From NCBI RefSeq assembly GCF_009914755.1, contig NC_060933.1: DNA of 64,000 nt; one strand, written 5' to 3'. This document shows positions 53,101 to 64,000 of this stretch, in pieces (position 1 is the first letter of the stretch; each line of letters begins with the position of its first letter). The notes under the pieces are model-generated. The model was given only the letters and a program-made list of their open reading frames with translations, was not told the origin of the DNA and ran no database searches. Source of the stretch: the human T2T-CHM13v2.0 reference genome, Homo sapiens. The position numbers were made by a program, and so were the translations under genes.

Positions 53101-56100
53101 ACGGAATGCAATGGAATGGAATCATCCGGAATGGAACGGAATGGAATGGAATGGAATCAACCCGAGTGCAATGGAATGGAGTTGAATGGAATGGAATGGA
53201 ATGGAACAACCCGAATTTAATGGAATGTAATGGAGAGTAAGGGAGTTGAAAAGAATCAATCCGAATGTAATGGAATGGAATGGAACGGAATGGAATGGAA
53301 TGGAATGGAATGCAATGTAATGGAATCAACCCGAGTACAATGGAATGGAATGGAATGGAATGGAATGGAGTGGAATGGAATGGAATGGAAACTACCCGAA
53401 TGGAATGGAATGTAATGGAGTGTAAGGGAATTGAATAGAATCAATCCGAATGGAATGGAATGGAATGGAACGGAATGTAATGGAATGGAATGGAATGGAA
53501 TCAACCCGAGTGCAGGGGAATGGAATGGAATGGGATACAATGGAATGGAATCATCCGCAATGGAATGGAATGGAATGGAATGGAATGGAATGGAATGGAA
53601 TGGAATCAACCCGAGTGCAATGGAATGGAGTGAAATGGAATGCAATGGAATGGAGACAACCAGAATGGATTGGAATATAATGGAGTGTAAGGGAATTGAA
53701 TAGAATCAATCTGAATGTAATGAAATGGAATGGAACGGAATGGAATGGAATAAACCCGAGTACAATGGAATGGAATGGAATGGAATGGAATGGAATGGAA
53801 TGGAATGGAATGGAATGGAATGCAATGGAATGGAATCTTCCGGAATGGAATGGAATGGAATGGAATGGAATGGAATGCAATGGATTCAACTCGATTGCAA
53901 TGGAATGGAATAGAATGGAATGGAATGGAATGGAATGGAATTAAACCGAATAGAATGGAATGGAATGGAATGGAACGGAAAGGAACGGAACGGAACGGAA
54001 CGGAACGGAGTGGAATGGAATGGAATGGAATTGTATGGAATGGAATGGAATGGTACAGAATAGAATGGAATGGAAAGAATTGCAATGGAATGGAATGGAA
54101 TGGAATGGAATGGAATGGAATGGTATCAACCAGAGTGCAGGGGAATGTAATGGAACGGAATGCAATCGAATGGAATCATCCGGAATGGAATGGAATGGAA
54201 TGGAATGGAATCCAATGGAATCAACCCGAGTGCAATGGAATGGAGTGGAATGGAATGGAATGGAATGGAACAACCCGAATGGAATGGAATATAATGGAGA
54301 GTAAGGGAGATGAATAGAATCAATCCGAATGTAATGGAATGGAAAGGAATGGAATGGAATGGAATGGAATGGAATGGAATGGAATGGAATGCAATGGAAT
54401 GGAATCAACCCGAGTACAATGGAACGGAATGGAATGGAATGGAATGGAATGGAATGGAATGGAATGGAATGGAATGGAATCAACCCGAGTGCAATGGAAT
54501 GGAGAGGAATGGAATGGAATGGAATGGAAACTACCCGAATGGAATGGAATGTAATGGAGTGTAAGGCAATTGAATAGAATCAATCCGAATGGAATGGAAT
54601 GGAATGGAACGGAATGTAATGGAATGGAATGGAATGGAATCAACCCGAGTGCAGGGGAATGGAATGGAATGGAATGCAATGGAATGGAATCATCCGGAAT
54701 GGAATGGAATGGAATACAATGGAATGGAATGGAATGGAATGGAATGGAATGGAATGGAATGATACGGAATAGAATGGAATGGAACGAAATGGAATGGAAT
54801 GGAATGGAATGGAAAGGAATGGAATGGAATCGTTCCAAGTGGAATAGGAGGGAATGTATTCGAGTGGAATGGAAAGCAATGTAATCAACCAGAGTGTAAT
54901 GGAAGGGAATGGAATGGAATGGAAACTAATAGAATGGAATCAACCCGAGTGGAATGGAATGGAAAGGACTGGAATGGAATGGAATGGAATGGAATCAACT
55001 CGATTGTAATGGAATGGAATGGAATGGAATGGAATGGAATGGAATGGAATTAACCCGAATTCAATGGAATGGAATGGAATGGATCGGAATGGAGTGGAAT
55101 GGAATGGAATCAACCCGAGTGCAGGGGAATGGAATGGAATGGAATGCAATGGAATGGAATCATCCGGAATGGAATGGAATGGAATGCAATGGAATGGAAT
55201 GGAATGGAATCAACCAGAGTGCAATGGAATGGAGTGAAATGGAATGGAATGGAATGGAGACAACCAGAATGGGTTGGAATAGAATGGAGTGTAAGGGAAT
55301 TGAATAGAATCAATCTGAATGTAATGAAATGGAATGGAATGGAATGGAATGGAATGAAATGGAATCAACCCCTGTGCAATCGAATGGAATCGAATGTAAT
55401 GGAAAGCAATGGAATGGATTCAACTTGAATGGAATGGAAAGAATGGAATCAACACGAGTGGAATGGCATGGATTGGAATGGAATGGAATGGAATCAACCC
55501 GAGTACAGGGGAATGGAATAGAATGGAATGCAATGGAATGGAATCATCCGTAATGGAATGGAAAGGAATGGAATGGAATGAAATGGAATGGAATGGAATG
55601 GAATCAACTCGATTGCAATCGAATGGAATGGAATGGAATTAACCCGAATAGAATGGAATGGAATGGAATGGAACGGAATGGAATGGAATGGAATGGAATG
55701 GAATGGAATGGAATGGAATGGAATGGAACGGAAAGGAAGGGAATGGAATGGAATAGAATGGAATGGAATGGAATCAACGCGAGTGTAGGGGAATGGAATG
55801 GAATGGAATGCAATGGAATGGAATCTTCCGGAATGGAATGGAATGGAATCAACTCGATTGCAATCGAATGGAATGGAATGGAATTAACCCGAATAGAATG
55901 GAATGGAATGGAATGGAACGGAACGGAATGGAATGGAATGGAATGGAATGGAATGGAATGGAACGGAAAGGAAGGGAATGGAATGGAATAGAATGGAATG
56001 GAATGGAATCAACGCGAGTGCAGGGGAATGGAATGGAATGGAATGCAATGGAATGGAATCTTCCGGAATGGAATGGAATGGAATGGAATGGAATGGAATC

Positions 56101-59100
56101 AACCCGAGTGCAATGGAATGGAGTGGAATGGAATGGAATGGAATGGAACAACCCGAATGGAATGGAATGTAACGGAGAGTAAGGGAGTTGAATAGAATCA
56201 ATCCGAATGTAACGGAATGGAATGGAACGGAATGGAATTGAATGGAATGGAATGGAATGCAATGGAATGGAATCAACCCGAGTGCAATGGAATGGAGAGG
56301 AATGGAATGGAATGGAATGGAAACTACCCGAATGGAATGGAATGTAATGGAGTGTAAGGGAATTGAATAGAATCAATCCGAATGTAATGGAATGGAATGG
56401 AACGGAATGGAATGGAATGGAATGGAATGGAATGGAATGGAATGGAATGCAATGGAATGCAATCAACGCGAGTGCAATCGAATGGAATCGAATGGAATGG
56501 AATGCAATGGAATGGATTCAACTTGAATGGAATGGAAAAAATGGAATCAACACGAGTGGAATGGCATGGATTGGAATGGAATGGAATGGACTCAACCCGA
56601 GTACAGGGGAATGGAATGGAATGGAATGCAATGGAATGGAATCATCCGTAATGGAATGGAAAGGAATGGAATGGAATGGAATGGAATGGAATGGAATCAA
56701 CTCGATTGCAATCGAATGGAATGGAATGGAATTAACTCGAATAGAATGGAATGGAATGGAATGGAAGAGAACGGAATGGAATGGAATGGAATGGAATGGA
56801 AAGGAACGGAACGGAATGGAATGGAGTGGAATGGAATGGAATGGAATCAACGCGAGTGCAGGGGAATGGAATGGAATGGAATGCAATGGAATGGAATCTT
56901 CCGGAATGGAATGGAATGGAATGGAATGGAATGAAATGCAATGGATTCAACTCGATTGCAATGGAATGGAATAGAATGGAATGGAATGGAATGGAATGGA
57001 ATTAACCCGAATACAATGGAAAGGAATGGAATGGAACGGAATGGAGTGGAATGGAATGGAATCAACCCGAGTGTAGGGGAATGGAATGGAATGGAATGCA
57101 ATGGAATGGAATCATCCGGAATGGAATGGAATGGAATGCAATGGAATTGAATGGAATGGAATCAACCAGAGTGCAATGGAATGGAGTGAAATGGAATGGA
57201 ATGGAATGGAGACAACAAGAATGGATTGGAATATAATGGAGTGTAAGGGAATTGAACAGAATCAATCTGAATGTAATCAAATGGAATGGAACGGAATGGA
57301 ATGGAATGGAATGGAATGCAATGGAATGGAATCAACCCGAGTGCAATCGAATGGAATCGAATGGAATGGATTGCAACGGAATGGATTCAACTTGAATGGA
57401 ATGGAAAGAATGGAATCAACACGAGTGGAATGGCATGGATTGGAATGAAATGGAATGTAATCAACCCGAGTACAGGGGAATGGAATGGAATGGAATGCAA
57501 TGGAATGGAATCATCCGTAATGGAATGGAAAGGAATGGAATGGAATGGAATGGAATGGAATGGAATGGAATGGAATCAACTCGATTGCAATCGAATGGAA
57601 TGGAATGGAATTAACCCGAATAGAATGGAATGGAATGGAATGGAACGGAACGGAACGGAACGGAATGGAATGGAATGGAATGGAACGGAAAGGAAGGGAA
57701 TGGAATGGAATAGAATGGAATGGAATGGAATCAACGCGAGTGCAGGGGAATGGAATGGAATGGAATGCAATGGAATGGAATCTTCCGGAATGGAATGGAA
57801 TGGAATGGAATGGAATGGAATGGAATGGAATGAACCCGAGTGCAATGGAATGGAGTGGAATGGAATGGAATGGAATGGAACAACCCGAATGGAATGGAAT
57901 GGAATGGAGTGTAAGGGAGTTGAATAGAATCAATCCGAATGTAATGGAATGGAATGGAACGGAATGGAATTGAATGGAATGGAATGGAATGCAATGGAAT
58001 GGAATCAACCCGAGTGCAATGGAATGGAAAGGAATGGAATGGAATGGAATGGAAACTACCCGAATGGAATGGAATGTAATGGAGTGTAAGGGAATTGAAT
58101 AGAATCAATCCGAATGTAATGGAATGGAATGGAACGGAATGGAATGGGATGGAATGGAATGGAATGGAATGCAATGGAATGGAATCAACCCGAGTGCAAT
58201 CGAATGGAATCGAATGGAATGGAATGCAATGGAATGGATTCAACTTGAATGAAATGGAAAGAATGGAATCAACACGAGTGGAATGGCATGGATTGGAATG
58301 GAATGGAATGGAATCAACCCGAGTACAGGGGAATGGAATGGAATGGAATGCAATGGAATGGAATCATCCGTAATGGAATGGAAAGGAATGGAATGGAATG
58401 GAATGGAATGGAATGGAATCAACTCGATTGCAATGGAATGGAATGGAATGGAATTAACCCGAATAGAATGGAATGGAATGGAATGGAACAGAACGGAATG
58501 GAATGAAATGGAATGGAACGGAACGGAACGGAATGGAATGGAATGGAATGGAATGGAATGGAATGGAATGGAATGGAATCAATCCGAGTGCAGGGGAAAG
58601 GAATGGAATGGAATGCAATGGAATGGAATGGAATGGAATGGAATGGAATGGAATGGAATGGAATGGAATCAACCCGAGTAGAATGGCATGGAATGGAATG
58701 CAATGGAATGGAATGGAATGGAATCAACTCGAGTAGAAAGGAATGGAATGGAATGGAATGGAATGGAATGAAATCAACTCGAGTGGAATGGAATGGAACG
58801 GAATGGATTGGAATGGATTGCAATGGAATGAAATGGAATGGAATCAATCATTCCGAGTGGAATGGAAGGGAATGTAATGGAGTGGAAAGAAGGGAATGTA
58901 ATCAACCCGAGTGGAATGCAAGGCAATGGAATGGAATGGAAAGGAATGGAATGGAATCAACTCGATTGCAATTGAATGGAATGTAATGGAATGGAATGGA
59001 AAGGAATGGAATGGAAAGAAATGGAATGGAATGGAATGCAATGGAATGGAATCAACCCGGGTGCAATCGAATGGAATCGAATGGAATGGAATGCAATGGA

Positions 59101-62100
59101 ATGGATTCTACTTCAATGGAATGGAAAGAATGGAATCAACACGAGTGGAATGGCATGGATTGGAATGGAATGGAATGGAATCAACCCGAGTACAGGGGAA
59201 TGGAATGGAATGGAATGCAATGGAATGGAATCATCCGTAATGGAATGGAAAGGAATGGAATGGAATGGAATGGAATGGAATCAACTCGATTGCAATCGAA
59301 TGGAATGGAATGGAATTAACCCGAATAGAATGGAATGGAATGGAATGGAACGGAACGGAACGGAATGGAATGGAATGGAATGGAATGGAATGGAATTTAA
59401 TGGAACGGAAAGGAATGGAATGGAATGGAATGGAATGGAATGGAATGGAATGGAATCAACGGGAGTGCAGGGGAATGCAATGTAATGGAATGCAATGGAA
59501 TGGAATCTTCCGCAAAGGAATGGAATGGAATGGAATAAACCCGAGTGCAATGGAATGGAGTGGAATGCAATGGAATGGAATGGAACAACCCGAATGGAAT
59601 CGAATGTAATGGAGAGTAAGGGAGTTGAATAGAATCAATCCGAATGTAATGGAATGGAATGGAACGGAATGGAATTGAATGGAATGGAATGGCATGCAAT
59701 GGAATGGAATCAACCCGAGTGCAATGGAATGGAGAGGAATGGAAAGGAATGGAGTAGAAACTACCCGAATGGAATGGAATGTAATGGAGTGTAAGGGAAT
59801 TGAATAGAATCAATCCGAATGTAATGGAATGGAATGGAACGGAATGGAATGGAATGGAATGGAATGGAATGGAATGGAATCTTCCGGAATGGAATGGAAT
59901 GGAATGGAATGGAATGGAATGCAATGGATTCAACTCGATTGCAATGGAATGGAATAGAATGGAATGGAATGGAATGGATTGGAATTAACCCGAATAGAAT
60001 GGAATGGAATGGAATGGAACGGAATGGAACGGAATGGAATGGAATGGAATGGAATGGAATGGTATGGAATGGAATGGAATGGTACGGAATAGAATGGAAT
60101 GGAACGAATTGTAATGGAATGGAATTGAATGGAATGGAATGGAATCAACGCGAGTGCAGGGGAGTGTAATGGAACGGAATGCAATGGAATGGAATCATCC
60201 GGAATGGAATGGAATGGAATGCAATGGAATGGAATCAACCCGAGTGCAATGGAATGGAGTGGAATGGAATGGAATGGAATGGAACAACCCGAATGGAATG
60301 GAATGCAATGGAGAGTAAGGGAGTTGAATAGAATCAATCCGAATGTAATGGAATGGAATGCAACGGAATGGAATGGAATGGAATGGAATGGAATGCAATG
60401 GAATGGAATCAACCCGAGTACAACGGAATGGAATGGAATGGAATGGAATGGAATGGAATGCCTTCAAACCGAATGGAATGGAAAGGAATGGAATCAACAC
60501 GAGTGGAATGGAATGGAATGGAATGATACGGAATAGAATGGAATGGAACGAAATGGAATGGAATGGAATGGAATGGAATGGAATGGAATGGAATCGTTCC
60601 GAGTGGAATAGGAGGGAATGTATTCCAGTGGAATGGAAAGGAATGGAATCAACCAGAGTGGAATGGAAGGGAATGGAATGGAATGGAAACTAATAGAATG
60701 GAATCAACCCGAGTGGAATGGAATGGAAAGGACTGGAATGGAATGGAATGGAATGGAATGGAATGGAATCAACTCGATTGTAATGGAATGGAATGGAATG
60801 GAATGGAATGGAATGGAATAGAATTAACCCGAATACAATGGAATGGAATAGAATGGAACGGAATGGAGTGGAATGGAATGGAATCAACCCGAGTGCAGGG
60901 GAATGGAATGGAATGGAATGCAATGGAATGGAATCGTCCGGACTGGAATGGAATGGAATGGAATGCAAAGCAATGGAATCAACTCGATTGCAATGGAATG
61001 GAATGGAATGGAAAGGAATACATTGGAATCAAGCCGAGTGGAATGGAATGGAAAAGAGTGGAATGGAGTGGAATGGAATGGAATGGAATGGAATGGAATC
61101 AACTCGATTGGAATGGAATGGAATGGAATGGAATGGAATGGATTTAACCCGAATAGAATGGAATGGAATGGAATGGAACGGAACGGAATGGAATGGAATG
61201 GAATGGAATGCAATGGAATGGATTCAACTTGAATGGAATGGAAAGAATGGAATCAACACGAGTGGAATGGCATGGATTGGAATGGAATGGAATGGAATCA
61301 ACCCGAGTACAGGGCAATGGAATGGAATGGAATGTAATGGAATGGAATCATCCGTTATGAAATGGAAAGGAATGGAATGGAATGGAATGGAATGGAATGG
61401 AATGGAATCAACTCGATTGCAATCGAATGGAATGGAATTGAATTGACCCGAATAGAATGGAATGTAATGGAATGGAACGGAACGGAACGGAACGGAATGG
61501 AATGGAATGGAATGGAATGGAATGGAATGGAATGGAACGGAAAGGAATGGAATGGAATGGAATGGAATGGAATGGAATTGAATGGAATGGAATGGAACGG
61601 AACGGAACGGAATGGAATGGAATGGAATGGAATGGAATGGAATGGAACGGAAAGGAATGGAATGGAATGGAACGGAATGGAATGGAATGGAATGGAATGG
61701 AATCAACACGAGTGCAGGGGAATGGAATGGAATGGAATGCAATGGAATGGAATCTTCCGGAATGGAATGGAATGGAATGGAATGGAATGGAATGGAATGG
61801 AATCAACCCGAGTGCAATCGAATGGAGTGGAATGGAATGGAATGGAATGGAACAACCCGAATGGAATGGAATGTAATGGAGAGTAAGGGAGTTGAATAGA
61901 ATCAATCCGAATGTAATGGAATGGAATGCAACGGAATGGAATGGAATGGAATGGAATGGAATGCAATGGAATGGAATCAACCCGAGTGCAATGGAATGGA
62001 GAGGAATGGAATGGAATGGAATGGAAACTACCCCAATGGAATGGAATGGAATGGAGTGTAAGGGAATTGAATAGAATCAATCCGAATGAAATGGAATGGA

Positions 62101-64000
62101 ATGGAACGGAATGGAATGGAATGGAATGGAATGCAATGGAATGGAATGATACGGAATAGAAAGGAATGGAACGAAATGGAATGGAATGGAATGGAATGGA
62201 ATGGAATGGAATGGAATGGAATCGTTCCGAGTGGAATAGGAAGGAATGTATTCGAGTGGAATGGAAAGGAATGGATTCAACCAGAGTAGAAAGGAAGGGA
62301 ATGGAATGGAATGGAAACTAATAGAATGGAATCAACCCGAGTGGAATCGAATGGAAAGGACTGGAATGGAAAGGAATGGAATGGAATGGAATGGAATGAA
62401 CGCGAGTGCAGGGGAATGGAATGGAATCGAATGGAATGGAATGGAATGGAATGGAATCAACCCGAGTGCAGGAGAATGTAATGGAACGGAATGCAATGGA
62501 ATGGAATCATCCGGAATGGAATGGAATGGATTGGAATAGAATCAACCCGAGTGCAATGGAATGGAGTGGAATGGAATGAAATGGAATGGAACAACCCGAA
62601 TGGAATGGAATGTAATGGAGAGTAAGGGAGTTGAAAAGAATCAATCCGAAAGTAATGGAATGGAATGGAATGGAATGGAATGGAATGGAATGCAATGGAA
62701 TGGAATCAACCCGAGTACAATGGAATGGAATGGAATGGAAAGGAATGGAATGGAATGGAATGCAATGGAATGGAATCTTCCGGAATGGAATGGAATGGAA
62801 TGGAATGGAATGGAATGGAATGGAATGCAATGGATTCAACTCGATTGCAATGGAATGGAATAGAATGGAATGGAATGGAATGGAATGGAATGGAATGGAA
62901 TTAAACCGAATAGAATGGAATGGAAATGAATGGAAGGGAACGGAACGGAACGGAACGGAACGGAGTGGAATGGAATGGAATGGAATTGTATGGAATGGAA
63001 TGGCTTGGTACGGAATAGAATGGAATGGAAAGAATTGGAATGGAATGGAATGGAATGGAATGGAATGGAATGGAATGGAATGGAATCAACCTGAGTGCAA
63101 TGGAATGGAGTGGAATGGAATGGAATGGAATGGAACAACCCGAATGGAATGGAATGTAATGGAGAGTAAGGGAGTTGAATAGAATCAATCCGAATGTAAT
63201 GTAATGGAATGGAACGGAATGGAATTGAATGGAATGGAATGGAATGCAATGGAATGGAATCAACCCGAGTGCAATGGAATGGAGAGGAATGGAATGGAAT
63301 GGAATTGAAACTACCCGAATGGAATGGAATGTAATGGAGTGTAAGGGAATTGAGTAGAATCAATCCGAATGGAATGGAATGGAATGGAACGGAATGTAAT
63401 GGAATGGAATGGAATGGAATCAACCCGAGTGCAGGGGAATGGAATGGAATGGAATGCAATGGAATGGAGTCATCCGTAAGGGAATGGAAAGGAATGGAAT
63501 GGAATGGAATGTTACGGAATAGAATGGAATGGAAAGAATTGTAATGGAATGGAATCGAATGGAATGGAATGGAATGCAATGGAATGAAACCGAGTGCAGG
63601 GGAATGTAATGGAACGGAATGCAGTGGAATGGAGTCATCCGTAAGGGAATGGAAAGGAATGGAATGGAATGGAATGGAATGGAATGGAATCAACTCGATT
63701 GCAATCGAATGGAATGGAACGGAATTAACCCGAATAGAATGGAATGGAATGGAATGGAACGGAACAGAATGGAATGCAATGGAATGGAATGGAACGGAAA
63801 GGAAGGGAATGCAATGGAATAGAATGGAATGGAATGGAATCAACGCGAGTGCAGGGGAATGGAATGGAATGGAATGCAATGGAATGGAATCTTCCGGAAT
63901 GGAATGGAATGGAATGTAATGGAATGGAATGGAATCAACCCAAGTGCAATGGAATGGAGTGGAATGGAATGGAATGGATTGGAACAACCCGAATGGAATG
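50161..64000 (+). repeat. 16.4-kb tandem duplication, copy 2 (804-bp internal deletion at ~57005; runs off the window end)
   Basis: Colinear with 33741-40575 and then 41380-48389. Differs by about six substitutions and nine 5-bp indels seen by eye. Confidence 0.93.

Larger units (their letters stand above)
1..64000 (+). repeat. Human-type satellite 3 (HSat3 / Sat III) array, (GGAAT)n with CAACCCGA(G/A)T-family spacers; open at both ends
   Basis: Continuous GGAAT pentamers from first to last base, interrupted roughly every 40-100 bp by CAACCCGAGT, CAACTCGATT, CAACGCGAGT, CAACACGAGT, TTAACCCGAAT and similar words. GGAAT plus CAACCCGA(A/G)T is the classical satellite-3 signature; the HSat2 CATCATCGA word was not seen. 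The purine-rich strand is + throughout. Confidence 0.98.

Noticed and set aside
1481-59539. AATAAA hexamers (1481, 6588, 17744, 22734, 37319, 43913, 49825, 53749, 59534) as polyadenylation signals
   Set aside because: They are sporadic single-base variants of AATCAA or AATAGA with no downstream GU/U-rich element, as expected by chance.
89-63987. Hundreds of ORFs up to 458 aa (MEWNG-repeat on +, IPFHS-repeat on -)
   Set aside because: (GGAAT)n has no stop codon in any of six frames and has an ATG every 5 bp. ORFs overlap in all frames, and 5-bp indels between duplicate copies shift frames freely, so there is no coding constraint.
1-64000. CRISPR-like alternation of repeat and spacer
   Set aside because: The 'spacers' are a few recurrent 5-15-bp words rather than unique sequences, the repeats vary in length, and there is no leader or cas gene.
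1-64000. SCA31-type (TGGAA)n expansion or EWS-FLI1 GGAA microsatellite
   Set aside because: There is no unique flank and no long pure tract (maximum ~15 units), the spacers are typical of satellite 3, and the unit is a pentamer rather than GGAA.
1-64000. Strand inversion or Alu/L1 insertion, as occur in some HSat3 arrays
   Set aside because: No (CATTC)n stretch on +, no poly-A tail and no non-satellite sequence seen anywhere.

Overview
The whole 64-kb window is one uninterrupted, single-orientation array of classical human-type satellite 3 (HSat3/Sat III): runs of (GGAAT)n on the + strand punctuated by CAACCCGAGT-family spacers. I see no unique sequence, gene, RNA gene, transposon or inversion. 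All listed ORFs are by-products of a stop-free pentamer (MEWNG on +, IPFHS on -). The information lies in the repeat architecture. (1) A small vocabulary of spacer 'modules' recurs in a near-fixed order. (2) Nested recent tandem duplications have periods of ~16.4 kb (copy 2 has an 804-bp deletion), ~4.37 kb and ~5.2-5.6 kb, with smaller 100-870-bp duplications. (3) About 40 perfect three-unit heat-shock elements (gGAAt-cTTCc-gGAAt) sit at a fixed module position. (4) A 14-bp perfect palindrome (TCGATTGCAATCGA) recurs throughout. (5) Recurrent pentamer phase slips all run in the -1 direction. I found no evidence of a new protein-coding system. All counts are by eye. The chromosome and subfamily (9q12/HSat3B-like is plausible) cannot be fixed without alignment.
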